In this document: in pieces, positions 1 to 11,742 of the stretch
Layout: every line of letters starts with the position of its first letter
Numbering within the stretch: the first letter of the stretch is position 1
NCBI GenBank assembly: GCA_963932905.1
Contig: CAWVRN010000001.1
Span: 192,001-256,000, forward strand
From: an uncultured Bdellovibrio sp.
GTDB taxonomy: Bacteria; Bdellovibrionota; Bdellovibrionia; Bdellovibrionales; Bdellovibrionaceae
Length of the DNA: 64,000 nt
Reading direction: 5' to 3'
Translations under genes and position numbers: made by a program
The notes under the pieces: generated by a model
Databases searched by the model: none
What the model saw: only the letters and a program-made list of their open reading frames with translations
What the model was told of the DNA's origin: nothing

Positions 1-2
1 TT

Positions 3-1610
<1,608 letters not shown>

Positions 1611-1675
1611 ACGAAACTAGAATTTTTTAATTATTGGTCTCTAGAATTTGAGACTTGGAAGAGGTGTTTATGGAA

Positions 1676-4141
1676 ATGGAAAAAGGGATTTCTACCATTG
1701 ATATAAATAAAGAAATGCGTGAAGCGTACTTACAGTACTCAATGTCCGTTATTGTAGGACGTGCTTTGCCTGACGTTCGTGATGGATTGAAACCAGTTCA
1801 CCGTCGTATTTTATTTGCTCAACATGAGATGAGTAATACTCATGATAAACCATACAAGAAATCAGCCCGCGTGGTTGGTGACGTAATCGGTAAGTACCAT
1901 CCACATGGTGATACTGCGGTTTATGATTCTATCGTTCGTATGGCTCAGGAATTCTCACTACGCTACCCGCTTGAAGATGGCCAAGGAAACTTTGGTTCTA
2001 TCGATGGCGATTCTCCAGCGGCGATGAGGTATACGGAAATTCGTATGACTCGTTTGGCAGAAGAATTACTAGAAGACATCGATAAAGAAACAGTTCCATT
2101 TGGTCCGAACTACGATGATTCATTAGAAATTCCGCTAGTATTACCTGCAAAATTTCCATGCTTGTTGGTGAATGGATCGTCAGGTATCGCGGTTGGTATG
2201 GCGACAAATATTCCGCCACACAACTTGGGTGAAGTTATCGATGGTTGTATCCATTTAATTCAAAATCCAAAATGTTCGATTGATGATTTGATTGCTAAAA
2301 TTCCTGGGCCCGATTTCCCTACTGCGGGCGTAATTGCCGGTCGTGAAGGTGTTATCCAAGCTTACAAAAAAGGTCGCGGAATTATCACAATCAAAGCCGT
2401 TGCTGAAATCGTGACTAAAAAAGATCACGAAGAAATCATCGTGTCTGAAATTCCATATCAAGTTAACAAAGCAAAATTGATTGAAAGTATCGCGGACCTA
2501 GTTCGGGAAAAAACTATCGAAGGCATTTCTGATATTCGTGATGAATCATCACGCGAAGGCATGCGTATCCTAGTGGTTCTAAAACGCGGGGAAAACGCTA
2601 GCGTTGTTTTAAATCGTTTGTACAAATACACTCAAATGCAAGTTAGTTTCGGTATTATCATGCTGGCTCTTGATAAAAAGAACCAACCGATCACTTTCGA
2701 TTTAAAACAAATGTTAGAAGCGTTTGTTGATCACCGCCGTGAGGTTGTGACTCGCAGATGTTTATTTGATTTGAAGAAAGCGCAAGAAAAAGCACATATT
2801 TTAGAAGGTTTGAAGAAAGCGTTAGATCACATTGACGCCGTAATCGCCACGATCCGTGGGTCTTCTGAGGCATCCGTTGCTAAAGAGCGTTTAATAGCGC
2901 AATTCGAATTCTCAGACCGTCAAGCCGTTGCGATTTTAGAGATGCGTTTACAACGCTTAACGGGTTTAGAGCGCGATAAGATCTTGAACGAACTTTCTGA
3001 ACTACTAAAACACATCGATTGGTTGAAGTTCATCCTTAGCGACGTTAACGAAATTTACAAATTGATCGTTGCTGAGCTTGAAGAAATCAGAACTAAATAT
3101 TCTGATAAACGTCGTACTCAATTAGAGGGCGGCACTGATGATCTTGAAGATGAAGACTTAATTGCAGATGAAGAAGTAGTCGTGACTATCACGAACACGG
3201 GTTACATCAAACGTATTCCTACTGACGAATACCGCACGCAAAAACGTGGTGGTAAAGGAACTAAAGGTATGGAAACGCGCGAAGAAGATTACGTCACAGA
3301 CATCTTCACAGCGTCGACTAAAACAATGCTTCTTGTTTTCACAGACAAGGGTAAAGTTTACTGGTGTAAAGTTCATAAATTACCACTTGGTAGCCGTACA
3401 TCAAAAGGTAAAGCGATTCACAACGTCGTACAAATCGATTCGAACGAACGCGTAAGAGCGATTTTGCCAGTTGAAGAATTCTCGGAAAATAAATTCGTGG
3501 TGATGTTGACTGAAAAAGGTGTGATCAAGAAAACTTCTTTGGATGCATTCTCTAACCCAAGAACAAACGGTATCATTGCATTAACGACAGATCTTGAAGA
3601 TGGCGTTATCGATGCACAAATTTCGGATGGTACATCAGATATTTTCATCGCAACTAAAGAAGGTATGTCGATTCGTTTTGATGAATCTGATGTACGTGCC
3701 ATGGGACGCAGTGCTCGCGGCGTAAAAGGTATCACTCTTGAAAAAGATGATGCTGTAGTAGCGATGACTGTTCTGGAAAGAAACTCGAAATCAACAATCT
3801 TGATGGTGACCTCTAAGGGCTACGGCAAGCGTACTAGCATGGAAGAATACCGTACTCAAGGTCGCGGCGGCGTAGGTATCATCACCCAGAAAACAACAGA
3901 CAAAGTTGGTTTTGTTATTGGAACTAAAAAAGTTGAGGATACTCAAGATTTGATGATTTCTACAGATAAAGGCCAAGTGATTCGTATGGGTATCGGCAGC
4001 ATCTCTGTTATTGGTCGTAACACTCAAGGTGTTCGTTTGATCAACTTAGATGACAAAGACGAAGTCGTATCGGGATTTGCCGTTATCGATCAACTAGAAG
4101 AACCTACTGAAGCCACGCCGGCTCCTGAAAACAAGCACTAG
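1676..4141 (+). CDS. gyrA: DNA gyrase subunit A
   Basis: RALPDVRDGLKPVHRR, KYHPHGD, AAMRYTE with catalytic Tyr, GyrA-box QKRGGKG. GAGGTG RBS at 1661 favours the ATG at 1676 over the TTG at 1655. Confidence 0.98.
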   Translation: MEKGISTIDINKEMREAYLQYSMSVIVGRALPDVRDGLKPVHRRILFAQHEMSNTHDKPYKKSARVVGDVIGKYHPHGDTAVYDSIVRMAQEFSLRYPLEDGQGNFGSIDGDSPAAMRYTEIRMTRLAEELLEDIDKETVPFGPNYDDSLEIPLVLPAKFPCLLVNGSSGIAVGMATNIPPHNLGEVIDGCIHLIQNPKCSIDDLIAKIPGPDFPTAGVIAGREGVIQAYKKGRGIITIKAVAEIVTKKDHEEIIVSEIPYQVNKAKLIESIADLVREKTIEGISDIRDESSREGMRILVVLKRGENASVVLNRLYKYTQMQVSFGIIMLALDKKNQPITFDLKQMLEAFVDHRREVVTRRCLFDLKKAQEKAHILEGLKKALDHIDAVIATIRGSSEASVAKERLIAQFEFSDRQAVAILEMRLQRLTGLERDKILNELSELLKHIDWLKFILSDVNEIYKLIVAELEEIRTKYSDKRRTQLEGGTDDLEDEDLIADEEVVVTITNTGYIKRIPTDEYRTQKRGGKGTKGMETREEDYVTDIFTASTKTMLLVFTDKGKVYWCKVHKLPLGSRTSKGKAIHNVVQIDSNERVRAILPVEEFSENKFVVMLTEKGVIKKTSLDAFSNPRTNGIIALTTDLEDGVIDAQISDGTSDIFIATKEGMSIRFDESDVRAMGRSARGVKGITLEKDDAVVAMTVLERNSKSTILMVTSKGYGKRTSMEEYRTQGRGGVGIITQKTTDKVGFVIGTKKVEDTQDLMISTDKGQVIRMGIGSISVIGRNTQGVRLINLDDKDEVVSGFAVIDQLEEPTEATPAPENKH

Positions 4142-4163
4142 GCTCGGGATAATTTAAAACGTA

Positions 4164-4964
4164 ATGTTTAAATTTATTCTGGTAGTTTTGATTTTTGCGC
4201 TGATGAGCTGCTCACCTCCTGAAAAAAAAGAATTTCAGCGAGGTGAAAGTAGTGTCGCTAGAAAAGAATTTAAAACGGCCATTGTACATTTCGACAACGC
4301 TATAAAAGTAGCGCCTGAATCAGTTTGGGCGCTGAAATCAGCTAGGGAAGCGGCTCGCGTGGCCCACTACTTAGAGAAAGATTTCAACACGGCGATCAGG
4401 TTCTATCGTCATATGGTTCTTTATTCCGATAATTCGGAAGAAAGAAATAAATCACAAAAAGAAATTGCCTATCTTTATTTTGATTCTCTACAGAATTATC
4501 CACAGTCCATTATTGAATTTTATAAATTATTGCAGATGTCGGACAAGGATTTTGAAATCGCGACCTACAAACTGGCCATTGCACGTGCGAACTATTATTT
4601 GAATCAGTTTAATCAGGCGTTAAGCGAGATTGGTGAAATCATTCGTTTGAAAATTACAGAAGAGTTGCAGTTTGATACTCAGCTTCTACAGGGAAATATC
4701 TACGTGGCTCAGAAATCTTTCGTGAAAGCGATCGTTGTTTTTACGGAGTTACTTAAGAAATTTCCAGAGAAATCAGATAAAGAAAACGTCGCGTTGACCC
4801 TAACCGTTTGTTATGAAGAAAACTTTCAATACAAAGAAGCGATTCAAATTTTAGAAACCTTAAGAAATAAATATCAACCCAAAGAATACATTGAGTTGCG
4901 AATTAAACGAATTAACGAGCGTATTAAAAATCAGCCGGGCGCAAAGGGATTACATAGAAAATGA
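4164..4964 (+). CDS. TPR-repeat lipoprotein
   Basis: Lipobox ALMSC followed by TPR-like helical repeats (e.g. GNIYVAQKSFVKAIVVFTELLKKFP). Confidence 0.75.
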   Translation: MFKFILVVLIFALMSCSPPEKKEFQRGESSVARKEFKTAIVHFDNAIKVAPESVWALKSAREAARVAHYLEKDFNTAIRFYRHMVLYSDNSEERNKSQKEIAYLYFDSLQNYPQSIIEFYKLLQMSDKDFEIATYKLAIARANYYLNQFNQALSEIGEIIRLKITEELQFDTQLLQGNIYVAQKSFVKAIVVFTELLKKFPEKSDKENVALTLTVCYEENFQYKEAIQILETLRNKYQPKEYIELRIKRINERIKNQPGAKGLHRK

Positions 4965-5173
4965 ATAAGTATATTGTCTTTGCGGGAATTGGTTTTGAAC
5001 TTGTTGGTTTGATTGTTGTAAGTGTTTATGCGGGTGAATATCTAGAACAACTGAAGCCAACAAAAGGCCTTTGGGTTGCGGGGTTGATACTATTATCACT
5101 GGTCGGCTGGATGATTCAGCTGGTTTACATGTTAAAAAATACCGAGAAACAAAAATCAGAAAATTCTAATTAG
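4961..5173 (+). CDS. AtpZ/AtpI-family small membrane protein
   Basis: Two TM helices, GIGFELVG...GEYLE pattern, lies upstream of the atpI-atpB-atpE block. Confidence 0.7.
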   Translation: MNKYIVFAGIGFELVGLIVVSVYAGEYLEQLKPTKGLWVAGLILLSLVGWMIQLVYMLKNTEKQKSENSN

Positions 5174-5612
5174 GTAGGCATGCAATTTCTGTAGACCATC
5201 CATTACGATGAGAAATTGAAATTGTAGAAGGATTTGACTTGGCCTCGATAAATTCATAGCGGGTTTCAAATCGATCTGAATCAGGGACTGCGGTTACTAC
5301 TAAGCCTAGTGATTTGGTAAAACCGATTCGAAATACCTGAACTTGACCACGCAAGTTCGCTTTAAAATCTAAAAGATAAGGTTTCCTGAAATCTAACCGT
5401 TGAGCTTCTAAACCTATTAAGGTTCCTGGGCTGTGAGTTTGAATTAAGTACTGTGATAGAGCGCCATTAGATACTGACGACCCCCTGGAAACTAGAGTTG
5501 GAGCTAGTATTTGCCCTGCGGCTTTTGTTTTAAGGACACAGTAATAAGACTGCGCTTGAGCGAAAACGGAGAATGCAAAAGAGAATAGGAAAATAATGGT
5601 TAGAGCTTTCAT
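5166..5612 (-). CDS. hypothetical secreted protein
   Basis: Sec signal peptide (MKALTIIFLFSFAFSVFAQA), beta-rich, one Cys near each end; no family recognised. Confidence 0.6.
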   Translation of the reverse strand: MKALTIIFLFSFAFSVFAQAQSYYCVLKTKAAGQILAPTLVSRGSSVSNGALSQYLIQTHSPGTLIGLEAQRLDFRKPYLLDFKANLRGQVQVFRIGFTKSLGLVVTAVPDSDRFETRYEFIEAKSNPSTISISHRNGWSTEIACLPN

Positions 5613-5725
5613 AGGGACCTAATTTACCCAGTTTTTTTGCTGTAGCCAATGAACAGGGTTTATACATATAAAAAAGGAAGTTAACCTAATGCCCAGGTAA
5701 GACATTGAAATGACTTGGAAAACAG

Positions 5726-6106
5726 GTGAACTTGGGGTACATCAAGGTTGTGTTGGCATTTCGTTTTATAATTTGGATTACGGCTGTTCAGGTTTTTCTG
5801 ACTGTTTTAGCGGGCTTCTTTTGGCCTTTGAAATGGATTTCCATTGCCTGCGGAAGTGCAATTTCCCTAATTAATTTGTGGGTTTTGGCACTAGCCTGGG
5901 TTTTCATTTTTTACAAAAAAAGAGTTGCCCCTTCTATTAGTGTTGTTGTAATTAAATACGGAATTTTGATTTTAATTTTTTCCCAAGTACCGCAGGTAAA
6001 ATGGGTAGACCAAAACGCCCTTGTTTTAGGTGTACTGATAAACCCCGTATCGCTGCTTCTAGGTGGAATTTTAGCAGGATTCACTCAAACGAATAGAGGA
6101 AGTTAA
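5726..6106 (+). CDS. atpI: ATP synthase protein I-like membrane protein
   Basis: Four hydrophobic segments, stop overlaps the atpB start (TAATG). Start codon uncertain. Confidence 0.7.
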   Translation: MNLGYIKVVLAFRFIIWITAVQVFLTVLAGFFWPLKWISIACGSAISLINLWVLALAWVFIFYKKRVAPSISVVVIKYGILILIFSQVPQVKWVDQNALVLGVLINPVSLLLGGILAGFTQTNRGS

Positions 6107-6792
6107 TGTCATTCAACTGGACACAGTACGCAGTCGGACACGAAAATGCTCATATAGCTACTTTGGGAATCGCAAGCGTGGCTGCCTTAACCATGGGTCT
6201 GATCGCAAAATCCCAGCTAGGTACTGGTGAAAAAGCTCTGGTTCCAGCAGGAAAGTTTTCATTACGCGCTTTGTTCGAAGTTAATGTTGAATTCATTCAT
6301 AAATTGGCGCTTTCGATCATTGGCAAAAACGGCGGTAAATACGTTCCTTATTTTTCTGCTCTTTTTGGTTTCATTTTCTTGAATAACTTAATTGGTGTTA
6401 TTCCCGGAATGACTCCAGCGACTGAAAACATAAACACCGCATTTGCTTTCGGCGTTTTTTCTTTCTTATCGTACAATTTCGTTGGAGCAAAAGAAGGTGG
6501 CTCTCATTATTTTGCCCACTTTTTAGGTCCAATCTGGTGGTTAGCTCCTTTGATGTTAATCATTGAACTGGTAGCTCACTTTATTCGTCCATTAACTTTA
6601 GGTTTACGTTTGTCCAATGTAATGACTGGTGATCACACGGTGCTTTCGGTGTTTCTGAATATCGTTCCGTACCCTATTTTGATTCCGATCCCATTCTACA
6701 TACTGGGCTTAATAGTTTGTTTTATCCAAGCGTTTGTTTTTACTTTATTATCAATGGTTTATATCGCTTTAGCGCAGGCATCAGATCATTAA
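6106..6792 (+). CDS. atpB: F0F1 ATP synthase subunit a
   Basis: IRPLTLGLRLSNVM with the essential Arg; IQAFVFTLLSMVYI. Confidence 0.97.
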   Translation: MSFNWTQYAVGHENAHIATLGIASVAALTMGLIAKSQLGTGEKALVPAGKFSLRALFEVNVEFIHKLALSIIGKNGGKYVPYFSALFGFIFLNNLIGVIPGMTPATENINTAFAFGVFSFLSYNFVGAKEGGSHYFAHFLGPIWWLAPLMLIIELVAHFIRPLTLGLRLSNVMTGDHTVLSVFLNIVPYPILIPIPFYILGLIVCFIQAFVFTLLSMVYIALAQASDH

Positions 6793-6852
6793 TAAGAAGA
6801 AACAATAGAGTTTGGGAAAAAAATAAATAATTGTCTTAATTAAGGAGATAAA

Positions 6853-7185
6853 ATGAAAAAGTTAGTAACGGTTTTGGCAACAGTTTTGGCATCAGCTTCT
6901 GTATTTGCACAAGAAGCAGCGACTCACACAACTACAGCGGCAGCAACTGCTGGTGATAACAAAGGTATGTTTGCAATTGCAGCTGCTCTTTGTATGGGTA
7001 TTGCGGTTCTTGGCGGTACTTTAAGTCAAGGTAAAGCAGCTTCTGCAGCACTTGAAGGTATCGCTCGTAATCCAGCAGCTCAAGATAAAATCTTCACTCC
7101 AATGTTGCTTTCATTGGCTCTTATCGAGTCACTAGTAATTCTTGGTTTCCTAGTAGCTTTCGTAAAAATCGGTGGTTTATTATAA
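6853..7185 (+). CDS. atpE: F0F1 ATP synthase subunit c with N-terminal signal-like extension
   Basis: GIARNP loop, LIESL with the ion-binding Glu, AAGGAG RBS. Confidence 0.96.
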   Translation: MKKLVTVLATVLASASVFAQEAATHTTTAAATAGDNKGMFAIAAALCMGIAVLGGTLSQGKAASAALEGIARNPAAQDKIFTPMLLSLALIESLVILGFLVAFVKIGGLL

Positions 7186-7231
7186 TCTGATTTTCCTCGC
7201 GGAAAATAAGTATTATAAAATCGACAAGATT

Positions 7232-7261
7232 TTAAAAAGGAACCTTTGGGTTCCTTTTTAA
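7232..7261. terminator. intrinsic terminator hairpin after atpE
   Basis: TTAAAAAGGAACC-TTTG-GGTTCCTTTTTAA perfect inverted repeat with A/T tracts on both sides. Confidence 0.8.
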
Positions 7262-7305
7262 TTTTGTGTTTCAGAATTATGAGGTTCGAGTTTGATTCTG
7301 AAAAT

Positions 7306-7341
7306 AAAAAAGCCCACTTTATCGGTGGGCTTTCTTTTTTT
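7306..7341. terminator. second intrinsic terminator between convergent atpE and PMM/PGM
   Basis: AAAGCCCAC-TTTATCG-GTGGGCTTT flanked by A and T tracts. Confidence 0.7.
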
Positions 7342-7369
7342 CAAAGCTTATATTTGGAATTCGTTTCAA

Positions 7370-8734
7370 TTATAAGTACGGATTAACAACCGCTTCGACC
7401 TGTTTTCTGATTTTTTCTAAACCTTCTTTTGTGTCAGATTCGTAGCGTAGAACTAGCACGGGTTGTGTGTTAGAAGCTCGGCATAGGGCCCAGCCATATG
7501 GGAAAGAAATACGGATACCATCCGTCAGATTCACTTTGTAATCACCTCCTTGAGAGAAGGCTTCTTTCATTTTCTCAACGATCATTATTTTTTTCTCTTC
7601 CGTAGTATCAATACGCATTTCTGGTGTATTGAAGGCCGGAGGTAGGCCTTCTAATAATTGAGGCAGATTTTTGCCGGTTTTAGAAAGGATCTCTACCAAG
7701 CGAACTGCCGCGTACGGAGCATCGTCGTAGCCGTAATTACGATCTGCGAAGAATATGTGACCACTCATTTCGCCGCCAAACGGTGCTTTTTCTGACTTAA
7801 CTTTTTCTTTGATCAAACTGTGACCTGTTTTCCACATGATAGGAACGCCACCATGTTTTGCGATATCATCATATAGGCGGTCACTGCATTTTACGTCCCC
7901 GATAATTTTTGCACCTTTATTGGATTCCAAAACGGCTCGCGAGATAACAACCATGAGCTCATCACCATAAAGCATGCGGCCAGTGTGATCAATAACACCG
8001 ATACGATCGGCATCGCCGTCGAAGCCGATTCCAGCCACCGCGCCCGTTTTCAAAACTTCGTTACGCAAGTGAATTAGATTTTCTTCTACCGTTGGATCTG
8101 GATGATGATTTGGGAATGTACCATCTGGTTTTTCAAATAAAATAATTGGATCAAGGCCAACAGCATTGAACAGTCCGCGCACAACAGAACCACCAGCACC
8201 ATTGCCGCAGTCAAGCACCACGTTTACCGGTTTTAAATTTCCAAATTCTTTTTTGTAACGTGCATAATACTGTGGAAAAATGTCGTAAGTCGATTCAATG
8301 CCTTTGCCGGTGATGAAATCTTTCGCTTCGATAATTTTTCTTAAGTTTTGAATCTCTTCACCGAAGATAGTTGTTTTCCCTAAAGAAATTTTAAAGCCGT
8401 TGTATTCAGGTGGATTGTGCGATCCAGTGATTTGCACAGCTCCATCCACACCCGGAACCTCGAATGTTGAAAAATAACATACCGGAGTCGTTACTAGTCC
8501 TAAATGCTTTACGTTCACACCGGATTCTAGGAACCCTTTAGTTAACGAAGCTTTGATTTCAGCACAAGATAAACGTGCATCGTGTCCCATTGTGATTGTT
8601 AAATCTTTCTTATTTGTTTTTTTACTTAAGTAAGAAGCAAATGCTTTTCCAAGTAGGTAGGCAAAGTCTTTATCGAACTCTCCGTTGTAAACGCCACGAA
8701 TATCGTACTCTCTGAAAATTACATTTTTATACAT
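7370..8734 (-). CDS. phosphomannomutase/phosphoglucomutase
   Basis: FREYDIRG, TGSHNP phosphoserine motif, FDGDADR, GEMSGH, RASNTQP. Confidence 0.95.
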   Translation of the reverse strand: MYKNVIFREYDIRGVYNGEFDKDFAYLLGKAFASYLSKKTNKKDLTITMGHDARLSCAEIKASLTKGFLESGVNVKHLGLVTTPVCYFSTFEVPGVDGAVQITGSHNPPEYNGFKISLGKTTIFGEEIQNLRKIIEAKDFITGKGIESTYDIFPQYYARYKKEFGNLKPVNVVLDCGNGAGGSVVRGLFNAVGLDPIILFEKPDGTFPNHHPDPTVEENLIHLRNEVLKTGAVAGIGFDGDADRIGVIDHTGRMLYGDELMVVISRAVLESNKGAKIIGDVKCSDRLYDDIAKHGGVPIMWKTGHSLIKEKVKSEKAPFGGEMSGHIFFADRNYGYDDAPYAAVRLVEILSKTGKNLPQLLEGLPPAFNTPEMRIDTTEEKKIMIVEKMKEAFSQGGDYKVNLTDGIRISFPYGWALCRASNTQPVLVLRYESDTKEGLEKIRKQVEAVVNPYL

Positions 8735-8851
8735 AGAAATATCTCCTAAACCGAATACAGGATGATAGAGTTGTTACTTTTTAAGTTCAACGAGTTTTCA
8801 GCTGAACATCCAGAAATTACCGTAATTTCAAAACAATCGGGCAAAAATGGC

Positions 8852-9826
8852 CTATCTTAGAAGCCGCTCCGCAAGTAAGAGCGCCTCTTTCATGGAGTTG
8901 GGGTTGGCCAGGTTTTTTCCGAAAATTTCTTTTGCGGTGCCATGATCGACACTTGTTCTTATAAACGGTAAACCGAGCGTCACGTGCACGCCGGAGTCTT
9001 GACCATGAATTGTTTTAAACGGGATCAAGCCTTGGTCATGATAAGGACACAAATAAATACTGTATTTATCCCAATTGGATTTTAAAAAAGCCGCATCAGG
9101 AACTAGAGGGCCTACTAGTTTTAAATCTTGCGTATCACTCTTAATCTGCTTAGCGAGGTAATCTTCTTCGCCGGTTGAAATCATTCCTTTTTCGCCAGCG
9201 TGAGGGTTTACTCCAACCACGGCAACGGGTTTTTTATTCTGCCGCATGCCTTTGCGAAATGAACCAACAATAGTAAAAACATTTTTCCAATCAATACGTT
9301 TAAGTTCTTTGGAAACTTGGCTTAGCGGAACATGACCGGTTAACAACATCACATTAAAATACTTTCCAACGAAACCCATGTATAAAGATTTTGTTTTTGA
9401 AACGTGAGCCAATATTTCCGTGTGACCTATAAAAGGATAGCCAGCTTCTTTTATCAAAGTTTTGGAAAGCGGTCCTGTCACAAGTGCCGTAGTTCTCGAG
9501 TTGTTCAAGCAAATCTTGGACAGATTAACAATCCAGTCAGCCGGTGAATCCAGAGCAATTACAAAATTAAGTACCGGTTTGTTTGACAGAATAGATAAAT
9601 CCCACAAATCAAAATCAAGTGAAGTCGTAGTTACGCAATTAAGGGTGAAATGTTTTTTCAAAAGATTGAAATATTTTTTTTGATATTTACGAGTAACAAA
9701 CAGAAATACGCGATTGATTTTACAGAAACTGACTGGCAGTTGAACGAGAGCCTTTGTGGCCACCTCGAAACCTACGCCATCGGCGTCGCCCGTAGTGACC
9801 AATATGTTTTTTTTACTTAGTTTCAT
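8852..9826 (-). CDS. pdxA: 4-hydroxythreonine-4-phosphate dehydrogenase (PdxA family)
   Basis: GHTE, GVNPHAGE, YHDQG, GLPFIRTSVDHGTA; directly downstream of surA. Confidence 0.92.
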   Translation of the reverse strand: MKLSKKNILVTTGDADGVGFEVATKALVQLPVSFCKINRVFLFVTRKYQKKYFNLLKKHFTLNCVTTTSLDFDLWDLSILSNKPVLNFVIALDSPADWIVNLSKICLNNSRTTALVTGPLSKTLIKEAGYPFIGHTEILAHVSKTKSLYMGFVGKYFNVMLLTGHVPLSQVSKELKRIDWKNVFTIVGSFRKGMRQNKKPVAVVGVNPHAGEKGMISTGEEDYLAKQIKSDTQDLKLVGPLVPDAAFLKSNWDKYSIYLCPYHDQGLIPFKTIHGQDSGVHVTLGLPFIRTSVDHGTAKEIFGKNLANPNSMKEALLLAERLLR

Positions 9827-10778
9827 TTATTTTTAAATACGATTCGTCTTTTTTAGATTGAAGCCAAATTTTCAACTGACGCTTGAAATTTCTTTCAACT
9901 AACTGAGCCGTGATACCTGGTTTTTGTTTTTCAAAATTAGGATCTTTGATTGATTTCTGATCTAACAATTTAAAAATATGAAAGCCCTGTTTCGTTTGGA
10001 TAACAGATGTCACATCACCGACATCGATTTTTTTAATGGCCTCTTCGATATCTTTAGAGAATTCTCCAGAACGGAATGTTCCAAGCAATCCGCCCGCCGA
10101 AAAATCTGGATCTTCGCTGTTTTGTTCTGCTAACGTTTCAAACTTTTCACCACGCTTAAGGCGATTGTAAACTTCTTGTGCGCGAGCCATAACAGCGTCT
10201 GGGGTTGTGCCTTTTTTTATGCGAAATAAAATTTGCGCGATTTTAAATTCAGATGCGGCGCTTTTTGCGTTTGGATTTTTTCTTAGGTACTCAGAAAACG
10301 CGTCTTCTTCAGTTACGCGAATTTTTGAAATGATTTCTTGCTCTAACAGGTTTTGGCGTTCGATACGATTTTTCAAAAAGTCTTGGTATTCAGAAACACT
10401 CATACCTTGAGCTTTAACTGCCGCTAAAACTTCGTCTGCAGTGATGTTATTTCGTTTACCCATTTCTTTGATTTCCATCTGCACGCGCTCCATGGTTACA
10501 GATAGGTTTAGGCGTTTAACTTCTGAATCTAAAAGGCGCTCATTAATCAAATAGTTCAACTGGGCCGAGCGATCTTTAGCTAAAGTATCCTGATCAGTGT
10601 CGACTAACGATTCGTCTATCATGCCTGATCCATGAAGTTTGTTTTTTAAATTTTGAAAATCAGATTCTAAAATAATTTCTGAATTAACAATGGCTACGAT
10701 ACGATCGACAAGTTCAGCTTTTGCGAAAAATGCGACTGATAAAATCGCGGATAAAATTAGAAGACTAGCGTTTCTCAT
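9813..10778 (-). CDS. surA: SurA-like periplasmic chaperone/PPIase
   Basis: Signal peptide, VDRIVAIVNSEII, parvulin domain (FETLAEQNSED...GGLLG...GFHIFKL), surA-pdxA synteny. ATG at 10778 preferred. Confidence 0.85.
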   Translation of the reverse strand: MRNASLLILSAILSVAFFAKAELVDRIVAIVNSEIILESDFQNLKNKLHGSGMIDESLVDTDQDTLAKDRSAQLNYLINERLLDSEVKRLNLSVTMERVQMEIKEMGKRNNITADEVLAAVKAQGMSVSEYQDFLKNRIERQNLLEQEIISKIRVTEEDAFSEYLRKNPNAKSAASEFKIAQILFRIKKGTTPDAVMARAQEVYNRLKRGEKFETLAEQNSEDPDFSAGGLLGTFRSGEFSKDIEEAIKKIDVGDVTSVIQTKQGFHIFKLLDQKSIKDPNFEKQKPGITAQLVERNFKRQLKIWLQSKKDESYLKINETK

Positions 10779-11742
10779 TTTGACTGCCTCGTGTTTCAAT
10801 TTTTAGACTTGATATCAATTCGATATCTTTGAATACAGAGCTACTACGCAGCTCCTTGTCTATCCAAGAAACATAGGCCGATTTTTCTTTTAGTTCAACG
10901 ATTCTTCGTTTGATTTTAGGCTTTTCTTCGTCCAGCGTAGGTACGCGTTCAGGCTCTTTTTTTGTGATTTTTATGACGTGGACGCCAAACGGTGAAGTGA
11001 TAATATCGCCCACTTGATTTAGCGGCCACTTGAAAATAGGCGCAAAGAAATCTACAGTATCCTTTTCAATCCAACCCACAACGCCGCCGCTAGATGCCTC
11101 TGGCGCGATCGAATATTTTTTAGCAAGGACGTCAAAAGGCTGTTTTTTAAGTTCAGTTTTAATGTACTCGGCGCGGGCTTGATCTTTTAAAACGATTTGC
11201 TGAACGAAAACACGTTCTTTTTTTCTGAAACTTTCTTTGTTTTCGTTGTAGTAAATGCGAATTTCTTCTTCAGAAGGATTGACCACGTTTTTGTTAATTT
11301 CAGTGGATACTTTTTTCTCGAGAAGATTTAATTTCAAGTTGGCTTGCCAGTCAGCAAACGACGTACTTTCTTCCGCTAGCATACGTCGAAAAGCCAAATC
11401 ATCTGGATATGATGCCCGGATTCGATTTGTTTCGGCTTCTACTTCTGAATCGGATATCGAGATCTTGTTTTTAAGCGCCCAATCGATCATCAGACTTCGA
11501 ACGATAAATGAATTTACTATTTCATCTTTCACTCGCGAATTTACATTTGGATCTTTCGCGGCCAACGAATCCAGTTCACGCAGGCGCATGGCCAATTTGT
11601 TTGCAAACTCTTTGGCGGACATAACATTTTCGTTAACTTTTAAAACAGGTTTGTTTGAAAGGGACGGCGCTTGATTTGTACATTGTAAGGTAGCTAGGAC
11701 AATAAGCCCGACGATACAACGTACAAACACGGAATTACTCAA
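10765..11742 (-). CDS. PpiC-type PPIase, probable lipoprotein
   Basis: Possible lipobox ATLQC, SurA-N-like helices, FDVLAKKYS...GGVVG...SPFGVHVIK. Confidence 0.85.
   Translation of the reverse strand: MSNSVFVRCIVGLIVLATLQCTNQAPSLSNKPVLKVNENVMSAKEFANKLAMRLRELDSLAAKDPNVNSRVKDEIVNSFIVRSLMIDWALKNKISISDSEVEAETNRIRASYPDDLAFRRMLAEESTSFADWQANLKLNLLEKKVSTEINKNVVNPSEEEIRIYYNENKESFRKKERVFVQQIVLKDQARAEYIKTELKKQPFDVLAKKYSIAPEASSGGVVGWIEKDTVDFFAPIFKWPLNQVGDIITSPFGVHVIKITKKEPERVPTLDEEKPKIKRRIVELKEKSAYVSWIDKELRSSSVFKDIELISSLKIETRGSQNEKR

Noticed and set aside
1998..4027. Short ORFs nested in gyrA (and similar ones nested in other long genes throughout the window)
   Set aside because: They lie within well-supported genes and show no motifs of their own.
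7190..7341. Four consecutive hairpins as a possible ncRNA or CRISPR remnant
   Set aside because: The hairpins share no repeat sequence, and two are explained as terminators of convergent genes.
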